From positions 1 through 64,000 of the IMG/VR virus record IMGVR_UViG_3300045912_000789: a stretch of 64,000 nt of DNA; one strand, 5' to 3'. Each line of letters begins with the position of its first letter. Position 1 is the first letter of the stretch. A program made the translations under genes and the position numbers. Origin of the DNA: a virus. This document shows, one piece after another, positions 26,901 through 36,200 of the stretch. Below the pieces are notes generated by a model. That model worked only from the letters and a program-made list of their open reading frames with translations. It was not told where the DNA came from and did not search any database.

Positions 26901-27611
26901 GGAGCCTTCACCGGCGCCGGCGAGGCGCTGATGGGCACCGAGGATCCCACCGAGGCCGTCAACCGTGCCCGCATGATGCTCTCTCGCATGGACACCGGAA
27001 CGGAGGAGTACGGGGACGTCGCATCGGCCCTGGGCGGCACCGAGGGCGGTCGTGCCCTCATGGCCGCTGCGGCACAGGACCGGCACATGCGCCGAGCGCT
27101 CAGCGGACGTGGACGACGCGGTGGAGCTGAGGCGGCCGAGACCGCGCTCGGTGCGATCACCGGTGGCTCGCTCTCGGAGATGGAGTTCACGGTCGGCGGG
27201 CGGACCATCCGCGGCAGCGACCGCAACGCCGCGCGTCGGATCGCCGGCATCCTCTCGGGCGGTGGACGCGGCGCCGAGGAGGTCATGACGCAGCTCACCA
27301 CGCACCTCCGCGGCCTCGGCATGAGCGAGGAGGAGGCGTCGGGCATGGTGGGCACCGTCACGATGGGCTTCATGGGAGGTCGCGGCGGTACGATGAGCGA
27401 GAGAGCCATCGAGGACCTCATCCGCTCCACCGGCAGCTCGGAGACCCTCTCCCGCGTCCGGCGTGAGGGCTCGGAGCGCATGGCGCGCGAGCGGGACCCG
27501 CTCGGGTTCGAGCGCAACCAGATCCTGGGCCGCATGGAGACTGCGCTCAACGGGATCCGTGATCGCCTGCCCGGAGCCACCACCAGCGAGCCCACAGGAG
27601 AAGCCGGATGA
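23994..27611 (+). CDS. Tape-measure-like protein (1205 aa)
   Basis: Long, helical, G/A/M/R-rich; hydrophobic Gly-rich segments; TACACT box at 23978-83. Confidence 0.6.
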   Translation: MTIYTSQMISGMVGQQVGMFAGYGGYAQQINPMMMGYPGMMPPAMPQLGAGAAMRRGMGGVYGEQAAMRMANVGQTAMGVGMAGLGVLSAFSPIPMDPFSGGMMGLMRGGIGGGLMGAGAGAVAALPLYAATQAAQVYGGAFMGGMQDQAALNSTLRNNFQHFGGQGAFGRGFSQNQMGQIGQMISGELRRSPFSNAQEMNQLVQGGAEAGMFTAVRDVQQFTQRFRTMLNTLRDVQRELGGTLTDALQFVRGAQQAGIFRNADQANFASEVRTAEAVTGMDRNQLIALSAQGAQISRAFGGMGRQGAMGALRGAQTLGAAIQSGVVNQEMLSEATGGLMGAEAIGAFTTNMLQRAGRFSRTGMGRFSLFALSNAEGTGLDADMMSRFMAGDLSTGEVSRAAHRRVGGMGRARALNREGLLRGAVMEEGGMAAQIGMMRLMVGDRVLDQSDDMASLVLQRRFHMSRPESELMMNLMRNQGTIAQEEAMTARGARRQTDISRDISENRSVDAFMRQLEHGMSDTMGVTRVRELGRSFMTRISSLAERAMNDILGISASTLTRGDEAALNRMFLGRSSAADIARLDTRGAGGGGDMINAESLFDRPLAQDVLHALPFGMGGHVPLTAGEALSRRGVRGLRGPGAGATARDAIEEARQAQTGLVMGDSRLALDRLAADTERTMRRISQADLMSAGLGDSSRFYQLLGGDANAIDAFMANNGMTGTMRGAGGVPSLANVGAGGRITAGGLVRDALRFMLGGATGMAVSEALGFGGSETLAALRTPEESAAAFFTGGNAGFRREMLRRSGGRTGADVRETISYMEGAGLGDDAVRRTLGLSENRAALLLEGVEGVDRSAMEAVLGSEEFQGRARRILGAGEGLGDELEALRRYAGTLEDPAQRRAVESLAEQINQGAGANGEITGELRRALEASGFDPRRIAEIRTRRADMASEYRAMARGITAVGGEGLSELAGAFTGAGEALMGTEDPTEAVNRARMMLSRMDTGTEEYGDVASALGGTEGGRALMAAAAQDRHMRRALSGRGRRGGAEAAETALGAITGGSLSEMEFTVGGRTIRGSDRNAARRIAGILSGGGRGAEEVMTQLTTHLRGLGMSEEEASGMVGTVTMGFMGGRGGTMSERAIEDLIRSTGSSETLSRVRREGSERMARERDPLGFERNQILGRMETALNGIRDRLPGATTSEPTGEAG

Positions 27612-27808
27612 GGAACGTCGTCTCGATCAACATCAAGGTCGGCAACCGGATGGTCACCATCCAGGCGATGGACAGCGTCGGGCCGGAGGACTGCTTCGAG
27701 AACGCGCTCAAGGGTGTCCTTCATCGCTACGCAACGAGCGAGGACCTCGTGATGCCGGTCCCCCGCGAAGTGAAGGACTTCATGATCAAGACGAACCTGT
27801 TCATCTGA
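27608..27808 (+). CDS. Hypothetical protein (66 aa)
   Basis: AGGAG SD; ATGA coupling. Confidence 0.6.
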   Translation: MRNVVSINIKVGNRMVTIQAMDSVGPEDCFENALKGVLHRYATSEDLVMPVPREVKDFMIKTNLFI

Positions 27809-28008
27809 TGCCGGAAGAAGTCAGCTACGAGGAAGCGGTCGCTATCGCCCGAGAGATCGGAGAGGCTCTCGGAGGACGGCAGCAGCGCGCTCTTGAAGTG
27901 CTGGCCCGGTACGCAGAGCGGGGCCGCCGCCGTAGCGAGTCGAACACGGCCATCGAAGCGTTCCGTACCGCTACCGAGATCGCGAAGAAGGGACTGGAGC
28001 AAGAGTGA
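27808..28008 (+). CDS. Hypothetical protein (66 aa)
   Basis: TGATG coupling at 27808. Confidence 0.55.
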   Translation: MPEEVSYEEAVAIAREIGEALGGRQQRALEVLARYAERGRRRSESNTAIEAFRTATEIAKKGLEQE

Positions 28009-28009
28009 C

Positions 28010-28040
28010 CGGGCGCGGGGCCCTTGCGGGCCCCGGCTCG
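28010..28040. terminator. Hairpin between convergent genes
   Basis: CGGGGCCC-TTGC-GGGCCCCG (GCAA loop on the - strand); no U-tract. Confidence 0.55.
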
Positions 28041-28041
28041 A

Positions 28042-28863
28042 TCACGAGTTCCTCAGATCGGCGCGGATGCGCATGAGCATCTTGCCGAGGTGATTGTTGC
28101 CGGTCCCGTTCGGCAGCACGCCCCAGAACGTGTCGCCCCAGGTGTTGCCCTCAGCGATCTGGACGTCGCCGGTGAGCAGCAGCCAGGTGCGCATCGGCTC
28201 GGTGAGGAACTTCTGCGCGAGCAGCCCCTGCATCACCGACAGCCGCCTCTTGTCGTCCCAGTCCGGGCGGATCGTCACCTTGCGCCCGCGCTGCTTCGCC
28301 GAGCCGGGCGACGGGGCGCCCCGTACGTGCTCGCGCTCGCCGGGATCGAGGGTCTTGGCCGCCTGGTAGGCGTGCTCCACCGACGGGTAGAGGATGCCCT
28401 CGAAGTCGACCTGCACCGGCCAGAAGTTCGAGAGGAACCGGAACAGGTGGGACGGGATCTTCCCGAACGACTCGATCGGCTGCCCCAGCCGCACGCAGTG
28501 GTCGTACACCATCAGCCCGCGCTGAGCGTCGACCTTCTCCTCGAACGGGCCACGTCGCTCGAACTCCTCGTCGTAGAACCACCACGCGCCGTCGAGCTGG
28601 ACGACCGGTTCCTTCGGCAGGAACTTGGCGGCGATCATGGCGGCGAAGTTCGAGATGTCGGCGGCCTCGTTCGCGACGGCCTCCGGATGTTCACCCTTCT
28701 CGATCGCCTCCTCCAGCTCCCTCACTTCCTCCTTCAGGCCGCGGAGGAGGTCGGGAACCGGCAGCTTGTCCCAGTGCAGCTTGTGCGAGTTCTTGCGGAG
28801 CTTCTTCCGCATGCGGATCGTCAGCTTCTCGACGATCTCCTTCTCTTCGCTCTCCGTGCTCAT
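28042..28863 (-). CDS. MazG-like NTP-PPase domain fused to a NADAR (YbiA-like) domain
   Basis: N-terminal LKEEVREL..EAADISNF; C-terminal FLSNFW..YPSVEHAYQAAK..AK..GR..DWD..KF..LL.TG..EGN.WGD.FWG..G.NHLGK.LM.IR. Confidence 0.85.
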   Translation of the reverse strand: MSTESEEKEIVEKLTIRMRKKLRKNSHKLHWDKLPVPDLLRGLKEEVRELEEAIEKGEHPEAVANEAADISNFAAMIAAKFLPKEPVVQLDGAWWFYDEEFERRGPFEEKVDAQRGLMVYDHCVRLGQPIESFGKIPSHLFRFLSNFWPVQVDFEGILYPSVEHAYQAAKTLDPGEREHVRGAPSPGSAKQRGRKVTIRPDWDDKRRLSVMQGLLAQKFLTEPMRTWLLLTGDVQIAEGNTWGDTFWGVLPNGTGNNHLGKMLMRIRADLRNS

Positions 28864-29635
28864 CGTTCCCTCGGTAGACGTTGTTGCTCGTGTAGGGGAA
28901 GATCGGTCCTCCCACGTTCTTCCAGTCGATGCCCTTCACGATACGCATGATCGTGGGGTTCGATACGCCGTACTTCATGGCGAGCTTGCGGTACGACGTG
29001 CCCTCCTTGAAGCGCTCCTCACGGATGGCAACCACCTGCTCGGCCGTCAACACGGGCTGATCGAAGTACCTCGCGTTCTTCGGATTGCCGGTCGGCTGGT
29101 ACTTGCGGGGGTAGTTGATCTTGTTGTAGCAGGCGCGACAGTAGCCCTTCGCGAAGTGGGGCTTCGTGGTCTTCTGGCAGCGCAGGCACGCAGGAGGCTT
29201 CTTCCCGATCCCCCAGACACCCTGCCGCGTCAGCTTGGCGTCCGGGCCCTCGTTCGCGAACACGAACGGGTTCGCCATCATGAACTCGATGAGCTTCTCC
29301 TGCTGCTCGTCGTCGATCACGATGTCGCGCGTGCGGTCTCGCTTCGCCCCCGGCTCGCTGGCCAGGCCGCGGCGGAGGTTGAGCCTGAGCGCCCGAGCCG
29401 ACTTCCTGATCTTCTCCGGGGTGAAGCCGGTGTAGCGCGCGAAGGCAGAGACGGTCATGTGGCCGCGATTCGCGCGACCCAGGCCCATGGCGTCGGCCTT
29501 CCTCCAGACCGCCATGGGTGTCCGCCCGAACTGTTCGGCGAGCTTGGAGAGCGGGTACGTGCCCCAGTCCCACGAGAGCTGCTTCTCGTCCTCCGGGCTC
29601 CACGGCTTGTTGTGGTTGGGAGGCAGATCGCTCAC
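28691..29635 (-). CDS. Multi-HTH / zinc-finger DNA-binding protein
   Basis: WSPEDEKQL Myb-like HTH; CLRC..H..CRACY; LTAEQVVAIR..SYRKLAMKYGVSNPTIMRIV..W HTH. Confidence 0.7.
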   Translation of the reverse strand: MSDLPPNHNKPWSPEDEKQLSWDWGTYPLSKLAEQFGRTPMAVWRKADAMGLGRANRGHMTVSAFARYTGFTPEKIRKSARALRLNLRRGLASEPGAKRDRTRDIVIDDEQQEKLIEFMMANPFVFANEGPDAKLTRQGVWGIGKKPPACLRCQKTTKPHFAKGYCRACYNKINYPRKYQPTGNPKNARYFDQPVLTAEQVVAIREERFKEGTSYRKLAMKYGVSNPTIMRIVKGIDWKNVGGPIFPYTSNNVYRGNDEHGERREGDRREADDPHAEEAPQELAQAALGQAAGSRPPPRPEGGSEGAGGGDREG

Positions 29636-29760
29636 GTCGGCGACTTCGTCTTCTGCACCCGCTTCTTCAGCTTCCGCAGCTCCTCGGGAGGCAGGAGGAT
29701 GCCGGCGGCGGTCAGCTCCTTGCGGGGATCGGCTTTCTTCGGCTTCTTGCGCTTCTTCAC
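29632..29760 (-). CDS. 42-aa Lys-rich peptide (absent from the ORF track)
   Basis: GTGA coupling at both ends; GGAG SD; MKKRKKPKKADPRKELTAAGILLPPEELRKLKKRVQKTKSPT. Confidence 0.65.
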   Translation of the reverse strand: MKKRKKPKKADPRKELTAAGILLPPEELRKLKKRVQKTKSPT

Positions 29761-30107
29761 GACTTCTCCGGGTGGACGATCATCCTGATGATGCCGATGT
29801 TCGCGCCCTTCGCGAGCGCGAACCCGCGGGAGGCGGACAGTAGCGCGAGGAGGTGCGTGGAGTCGACGTTCTTGTCTTTCTCGACGTCGATCACGAGGAT
29901 GTGGCCCCGGACGATCTCGGGGGTGAGCACCTCCATGTAGTAGATGTGCGGGGTCGCGTCGCGGATCTCGGTCAGCGAGCGGCGGCCGAGGCCCTTGAGC
30001 TTGAGCAGCTCGGGATCGCTCATGCGAGCGGCCGAGCTGAGGTCGAGGCCCGCCTTGTCGAGGATCGACTTCGTGCGGGGCGAGATGGAGCCGGTGGTGA
30101 TGAGCAT
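29757..30107 (-). CDS. RNA polymerase alpha-CTD-like domain protein
   Basis: ISPRTKSILDKAGL..MSDPELLKLKGLGRRSLTEI resembles the alpha-CTD consensus LSVR..N.L..AGI..ELLK..NLG.KSL.EI. Confidence 0.7.
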   Translation of the reverse strand: MLITTGSISPRTKSILDKAGLDLSSAARMSDPELLKLKGLGRRSLTEIRDATPHIYYMEVLTPEIVRGHILVIDVEKDKNVDSTHLLALLSASRGFALAKGANIGIIRMIVHPEKS

Positions 30108-30122
30108 GGAACCTACCTTCTC

Positions 30123-30141
30123 CTGCTGATAGGCTAGGCGC
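30123..30141. promoter_or_regulatory. Overlapping divergent promoters: class A (-, CCTATCAGCAG 30133-30123) and class B (+, TAGGCT 30130-35, N6, ATG)
   Basis: Both motifs share bases within a 34-bp intergenic gap. Confidence 0.65.
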
Positions 30142-31326
30142 ATGGCCGTCTTCATCAGCGTGACCACCGATCCGTTCAACGACGAGGATCTGCGCCGGCG
30201 CCAGCCGCAGGACAACGTGCGTCGACCGCTGCGCGGCATCACGATCAAGGAAGACACCTACGCGGTGCTGCGCGCCAAGACCGCGACCGGCGAGGATATC
30301 CCGTTCCTAGACAGCAGCAGCCCGACCGTCGAGGACGGCATCGGCCGCAGCACGCACTACGCGAACTTCATCGTGCAGCAGGTCCAGGAGCAGCGGGTCG
30401 AGAAGCAGCAGATCGTCGAGACGTTCGGCGAGGACTACATCTACTTCTTCGGCGAGCGCCCCCGCTTCCTCAACGTCACCGGCATCCTGATCAACACGAA
30501 GGACTTCAACTGGAAGTCGGAGTTCTGGGAGAACTACGAGCGCTATCTCCGCGGCACGCGGCTCGTCGAGCAGAACGCTCGGCTCTACTTCTACTTCGAC
30601 GACATCGTGGTCGAGGGCTACATCGTCTCGGCCGCGACGACCCAGGAGTCGATGAGCCCGTACCACCTGCCGTTCCAGTTCCAGATGTTCGTCTGCAACT
30701 ACGCGATCCTGTCGACGGTCGGCTCGGTCTTCTTCCAGCAGGAGGCCGAGGCGGCGATGAGCGCGACGGGTGCACCTGGGGGAGACGGCATCGCTCCCGA
30801 CGATCCCGAGTCCCAGGCGGCGGCAGCTCAGCAGGCCGCGCGCCAGGGCTCCTCGGGCGGCCTCAACGGCTTCCTCGCCAGCGCCTCGCAGTTCCTCCAG
30901 GACGCGAGCTTCTCGATCCAGAACACCCTGGAGACGATCAAGAACACCTTCTACGGCCGACGCATCGTCGTGCCGCAGGGGCTGGGCCAGACCATCTACA
31001 CGCCGCCCATCACGAACCAGGCCGCCTTCGAGCCGGCGCCGATCAACCGCCCCATCCACGAGATGCAGGACGAGTACGTGACGCGCGGGCCCATCGATGC
31101 CCAGTTCGACCAGAACGAGATCGAGCGCGTGCGCAGCGAGCTGAGTCTGCGAACGCCGGAGGAGCTGGAGCGCAAGGCGCGTCAGGAACTCCAGAAGTAC
31201 GGGATCGACACCAGCCGGCGCGAGACCACCTACCTGCTGCTCGGGCGCGGGGCGTTCGCGGCGGCGCAGACCGTCGGTTCGTTCGGCATCCGCCAGGCGG
31301 ACGGCGTCCTCAGCGGCGTGGTCTGA
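30142..31326 (+). CDS. Putative tail/baseplate structural protein
   Basis: E..QIVETFG..Y.YFFGERP..L..TG.L pattern seen in tube-initiator-like proteins of large myoviruses; class B promoter. Confidence 0.55.
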   Translation: MAVFISVTTDPFNDEDLRRRQPQDNVRRPLRGITIKEDTYAVLRAKTATGEDIPFLDSSSPTVEDGIGRSTHYANFIVQQVQEQRVEKQQIVETFGEDYIYFFGERPRFLNVTGILINTKDFNWKSEFWENYERYLRGTRLVEQNARLYFYFDDIVVEGYIVSAATTQESMSPYHLPFQFQMFVCNYAILSTVGSVFFQQEAEAAMSATGAPGGDGIAPDDPESQAAAAQQAARQGSSGGLNGFLASASQFLQDASFSIQNTLETIKNTFYGRRIVVPQGLGQTIYTPPITNQAAFEPAPINRPIHEMQDEYVTRGPIDAQFDQNEIERVRSELSLRTPEELERKARQELQKYGIDTSRRETTYLLLGRGAFAAAQTVGSFGIRQADGVLSGVV

Positions 31327-31330
31327 GCAA

Positions 31331-31360
31331 AGAAGAAGGGCGCGGCGGCGCCCTCCTTCT
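31331..31360. terminator. Intrinsic terminator at a convergent junction
   Basis: AGAAG-a-AGGGCGC-GGCG-GCGCCCT-c-CTTCT. Confidence 0.7.
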
Positions 31361-31683
31361 CACCCTTTCGCCATGTACTTGGCGATCGGGGTGACCGACG
31401 TCATGTCGGCCGGGTCGGTGAGCACTCGGTACGTCAGGTGCTCGACCCAGCCGACGAGGAAGTGGCTGAAGCGCTCGATGCGGAAGTCCTCGTTCTCCAC
31501 GAACTTCTTCCGCAGCGTCTCGATGCGCCGCCGCCACGCGTTCCTCTTGGAGTCGTCGGCGTCTCGGAAGTCGATCACCGGACCGATCGTCCAGGTCACG
31601 AACATCTGCTTGTTCTCGCCGCTGTAGATGAAGTCGGCCGGGCGGCTCAGCAGCTTGCGCACGACGTCCGGCCCCACCTTCAC
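31360..31683 (-). CDS. Hypothetical protein
   Basis: GTGA coupling at 31683. Confidence 0.6.
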   Translation of the reverse strand: MKVGPDVVRKLLSRPADFIYSGENKQMFVTWTIGPVIDFRDADDSKRNAWRRRIETLRKKFVENEDFRIERFSHFLVGWVEHLTYRVLTDPADMTSVTPIAKYMAKG

Positions 31684-32339
31684 GGATCCAGCCACGCCTT
31701 CAGCCTCTCGAACTGCTCGGGGGAGATCACCTTCTTCTCCTCGCTGGTGAGCGAGGCGTACTCGAAGTTGACGTCCTTCCACGAGTAGTTCAGCAGCCCG
31801 CGGATGGCGTCCGGTTCCGGCACGACCTTGTCGCGCGAAAACTGCCACACCGAGTCGTCCCACCAGATGACCTCGGACATGTGCGGGTAGATGTTGCAGA
31901 CCCCTCTCTTGATCCACTTCACGATCGGCCCGGCCTCGTCCCCGTAGACGTTGCTGCTGCCGAACACGAAGCCGGTGTCGCCGCGACGAACGCCCGCGCC
32001 CTCGGGGTCGTAGTTCTTCCTAGCGACCACCATCATCCCGGGCACGAGATCGAACTTCGTGTGGTCCCACTTCGTCTTGCCGGCGTTGTTCCACCGGTAC
32101 GCCATCATCGACGGCGAACTGGGGTCGATCGTCGGATCGCCCATCTGGACGCGGAGGGGAAGGTTGATGGGCGCTCGGGTGAGGTCGTCGAGCGTCATCG
32201 GGCGGCCCATCCGCTTCTCCAGGCACGCGATGTGGAGGACGCCTCGCGGGCTCTCGTGGAACTTCTCCCACAGCTCGTTCTTGACCATGTACTGATCGTC
32301 CACCGGCAGGTGGCACTCCGTGCACTTGTACTTGCTCAT
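31680..32339 (-). CDS. Multi-domain phage protein with an N-terminal Zn finger
   Basis: AAGGAG SD; CTEC..YMV..LW..LHIACLEKRMGR. Confidence 0.7.
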   Translation of the reverse strand: MSKYKCTECHLPVDDQYMVKNELWEKFHESPRGVLHIACLEKRMGRPMTLDDLTRAPINLPLRVQMGDPTIDPSSPSMMAYRWNNAGKTKWDHTKFDLVPGMMVVARKNYDPEGAGVRRGDTGFVFGSSNVYGDEAGPIVKWIKRGVCNIYPHMSEVIWWDDSVWQFSRDKVVPEPDAIRGLLNYSWKDVNFEYASLTSEEKKVISPEQFERLKAWLDP

Positions 32340-32692
32340 GCTCTCTCCTTCGGGCCCGAGAAGCGCTTCCACTTGGAGCGCCCCATCCGTTCCCAACGTT
32401 CACGAGGCCAGCGGCCGATCGCCAGCTCGGCGTCAGTCACCGGCCTCCAGTCGCGGTTCCTGGACCGCCGGGCGACGGCCCGGGCGTAGTCGATGTCGAG
32501 TTCGTTCCCGATCATGATCAGGTCGCCTCGTTCGAGGTCCAGGCGGTACACGTGGTACCGGTAGCGGCGTCCCGATACGGCCGGGACGATGAGCGAGACG
32601 CTGCGGTAGCCCGCGAACTGCTTCTCGTCGTTCTCGTAGATCTCCTTGACCTTCGAGAAGGACGAGAGGTGCTGGTACTTCCCGATGGTCAT
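32336..32692 (-). CDS. Hypothetical protein
   Basis: ATGA coupling at 32692. Confidence 0.65.
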   Translation of the reverse strand: MTIGKYQHLSSFSKVKEIYENDEKQFAGYRSVSLIVPAVSGRRYRYHVYRLDLERGDLIMIGNELDIDYARAVARRSRNRDWRPVTDAELAIGRWPRERWERMGRSKWKRFSGPKERA

Positions 32693-33225
32693 CGCCGATC
32701 CTTGTAGAACTCGGCGAGCATCGCCTTGCGCGTCTCCAGCTCCTTGATCTCTTCGAGCACGGTGTTGCGCTGGCCGGCGAGGGCCTTCATGTCCTCCTCG
32801 ATGATGAGGATCTCGCCGCGCTTCTCCTCGATCATCGAGTCGACCGAGTTCAGCATGTCCCGGCCCATCGAGAGCCAGGCGTCCAGGTCGGACTTCCGAA
32901 AGCTGTGTTCGCCGGAGGACGAGGCATCGAGCTGCGGCAGGGGCGCCGGCTGCGGAAGGGTGATCGCTTCCTCCTGAGCAGGAGGGGCCGGACGGTCGGC
33001 GCGCTTCAAGGAGAAGCGCTCCCCGGTGGCGGGATCGATCACGTCTTTGAAGCGGACGACGGTCTCCCTCGCGCCAGTCCACTTCTCGTCGGTGACGTTG
33101 ATCTGCACGGCGTCACCGAGCACCTGCTTCACCTTGCCCTTGTAGCGGCGGGCCCGGACATCTGCGCTGTCCGCGCCCCGAACGAACTCGATCTCCTGGT
33201 TCTTCTCCAGCTCAGGTCGTCGCAT
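32689..33225 (-). CDS. Hypothetical protein (beta N-domain plus coiled coil)
   Basis: GAGGAG SD after a class A motif. Confidence 0.7.
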   Translation of the reverse strand: MRRPELEKNQEIEFVRGADSADVRARRYKGKVKQVLGDAVQINVTDEKWTGARETVVRFKDVIDPATGERFSLKRADRPAPPAQEEAITLPQPAPLPQLDASSSGEHSFRKSDLDAWLSMGRDMLNSVDSMIEEKRGEILIIEEDMKALAGQRNTVLEEIKELETRKAMLAEFYKDRR

Positions 33226-33237
33226 GGTTCTCCTCTA

Positions 33238-33271
33238 TCGCTTATAGGCCGAACCGCGCTACCGTTGGGGC
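33238..33271. promoter_or_regulatory. Divergent promoters: class A (-, CCTATAAGCGA 33248-33238) and class B (+, TACCGT 33260-65, N6, ATG)
   Basis: Both conserved motifs lie in a 46-bp gap. Confidence 0.65.
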
Positions 33272-36200
33272 ATGGCTGTCGGTCAGCATCTTCGCCTCCG
33301 CCTCTTCATCGAGGGTGTGGAGGTTCCCGTGATCTCCGCGAACATCCAGTCCGCGAAGAACGCCCCGGTCGCGTGCAGCATCCAGATCCCCGCGAACGAC
33401 TACGCCCTCGACTTCCGGCCCCGATCGCTCATCCACCTCTTCATGTACGACATCTACAACGGCGCACCGCCCGAGGAGATGGTCTCGGTGGGCGGGCCCG
33501 GAGTTCGCGTGGTGGACCGGGACGACGGTGTCGACCCCGAGCTGGGGGGCTTGTTCCCGCCCGAGCGCTTCGAGTCGACCACCGAGCAAAATCTCACGGA
33601 CCTGGAGAACGAGAACTACAAGCTGATCTTCGGCGGCGAGGTGGTCGGCATCAACTACTCGAAGTCGCCCACCAGCCGATCGGTCGTGCTCCAGTGCATG
33701 GACTGGTCGAGCTACTGGGACATCGCGTACCAGTACATGGTCAGCGGGATGAGCCTGGGAGGCGGTGGCATCCGGGCGGCGTTCACCGGCGCAGCCACAA
33801 CCGTCTTCAACGACTTCCTCGAAGGATCGGGCGACATCGTCGTGCGTCTGATGGAGACGCCGCCCCGCTCGTACCCCAGCCTGCGTGGGACGCTGCTCGG
33901 AGCCATCACACACATCATCGAGGCGATCGGCGGAACGTACTTCGGCCGGCGCGCGGTGCGTGGAGTGAACGACTTCTTCAGCCTCGCCGAGATGAGGCTG
34001 CACCTGACCCAGATGCTTGGGGCGAACCCGTTCCCCGAGCGGGACGAAGTGCGCCTGATGCGCGCACGGGGTTTCGGCAGCCTGTTCCGCCGCAGCCTGG
34101 CGGGCCTGGGGCGCCTCGTCACGATCCGCCAGGTGCTGCTCGCGCTCCAGCGCTACATCTTTCACGAGATCGTTCCCATCAACGCACCGCGGTACATCCC
34201 GCCGCTCTACGATCCCGCCCTGCCGCGGTACGAGACGCTGGGGATCGAGGAGGACAAGGAGACCCGCCCGCTCGCGCGTGCCGCCCGGACCATCAAGGCG
34301 CGGGCCGAGGAGCTGAAGGAGCGCCAGGAGGCTTCGACAGACACCAGCGCCGCGAGACGTCAGAGCGACCGCCGGGGCGGGCTCCAGGCGGAGATGCGGC
34401 AGCTCAGCCGGACGTGCCAGCGGGCAGCCGCCGCGGCCCGGCGCGTGGGTCTCCAGGGGGGCACGTACACCCGGCTGTCGGACTTCTTCGGGATCCCCGA
34501 GGTCAGCCGGGCGTTCGTCGTCTCGGGCAACAACTTCAACCAGCTCCTCGATGCGACCCGCCGCGGGCAGCGCGCGGACGTGCGGACGTACACCTTCTAC
34601 CCGCCCGGCAGCGACAGCGCGAATACGGTGAACGGGCTGTGCGATCAGATCATCGCGCTGATGCAGCAGGTGATCGAGTCGCGGCACAACCGCCGCATCC
34701 AGCGCACGACGTCGCAGCCCGACCCTCCGCCCCGTCTGATCACCCAGATCTACAGGCCGGACGTCTGGATGGTGGCGCCGCCGCGCTGCAACGTCTTCTT
34801 CCCCGAGCTGTACAGCCAGTTCTCCTACGGCCGGAACTTCCAGCAGGAGGTCACCCGCCTTCTGCTGCGCACGCACAGCGCGTTCTTCGGATCGGACATC
34901 CTCTTCGACGGCTTCTACATGGCGCCGTCGCGCCTCCTCGGCTCGCGTACCGGTCGTCCCATCGGACGAGGCCGGATCGGGGCAGACCCGCCCGACCTCA
35001 GCGATGCGCCGGCGTGGGTCGTGCGGGACATGCTCGACCACGAGCTGTTCACCGGCATCATCCCGGCGTTCGAGCGCATGAGCGATCTGAACCTGCACGC
35101 GCTCCGTGGCGGGTACGCCATGATCAATGGTGTGCGGGTCGGGTACGCGCAGCTCGCGGCCAACCACATCTTCTTCCAGTACCGCTTCCGATCTCGCGAG
35201 CTGATGCTCCAGGGGAAGTTCAATCCCTACGCGGTGCTCGGCTTCCCCACGCTGGTGATCGACAAGTACCTGCCCACCGACCTACTCCGCGAGGGCACGT
35301 ACGATCCCATCCTCGCAGCACGTCTCGCCGAGGCCGTGCGGGAAGGTGAAGGCGAGATCGGTCCCCCGAGCGACGAGCGTACTCGCATCGCGGAGGCGAA
35401 CAACGCGCGCGTGGCCGAGGTGCAGGCGGAGCTGCTCGCCGGACGCCCGAACACCCACTACCTCGGTACCCCCGCCATGATCGTGCACAGCATCGACGCC
35501 AGCAGCGGCGGTTCGACGCAGGTGCAGATGGAGTACGCGCGCACGACGAACGAGCGCACCGAGTTCCTCGGCGACAACGTGGGGCGCAGCGGGCGCACGC
35601 GCCGCACGCGCAACATCCAGCGGACGACCGTCGTCGCGGCTCTGGAGGCCCCGACGGTGGGGTCGCTGGGCTACTACGGCGGCGAGATCCAGGAGGTCAC
35701 GGACGTCACGGACCAGTACGAGCGCCGCTCGCGGCGTCGTTCGACCGACCGCACCGGCAGCAGCACGCGCCACGCGTCGAGCAGCCTGCTCCCCCTCTTC
35801 GTCCCCGACCGCCGCTTCACCGGCCGCTCCCGGCGCGGCACGCGGGTTCCCGTGGGCGTCGAGCAGACCGCCGCGAGCTACGGGCCCGAGGTCGTGGCGC
35901 TCGTCGGCGCAGCCGGCACCTTCGACGCCTCGACGTCGACTGACCGCGAGATCCTGGTCACGTTCCGTGCGTTCCGCATCGTGGAGCAGATCGGAGCCTA
36001 CCGGACCGAGGACGTCGAGCTGCCGCCCGAGGACCTCACGTTCCCGCCGTGGTACGGCGAGCACTACCGGACGAACCGGATCGGCGGCCTCTACGCCTAC
36101 TACTTCGGCACCGGAGCGATCACGGACCCGCTCTTCGTCCTGGAGCCCGGCGCGGACCCCGCGCAGTTCGACGGCACGGCTGCCTCTGAGGCCGCCTCGG

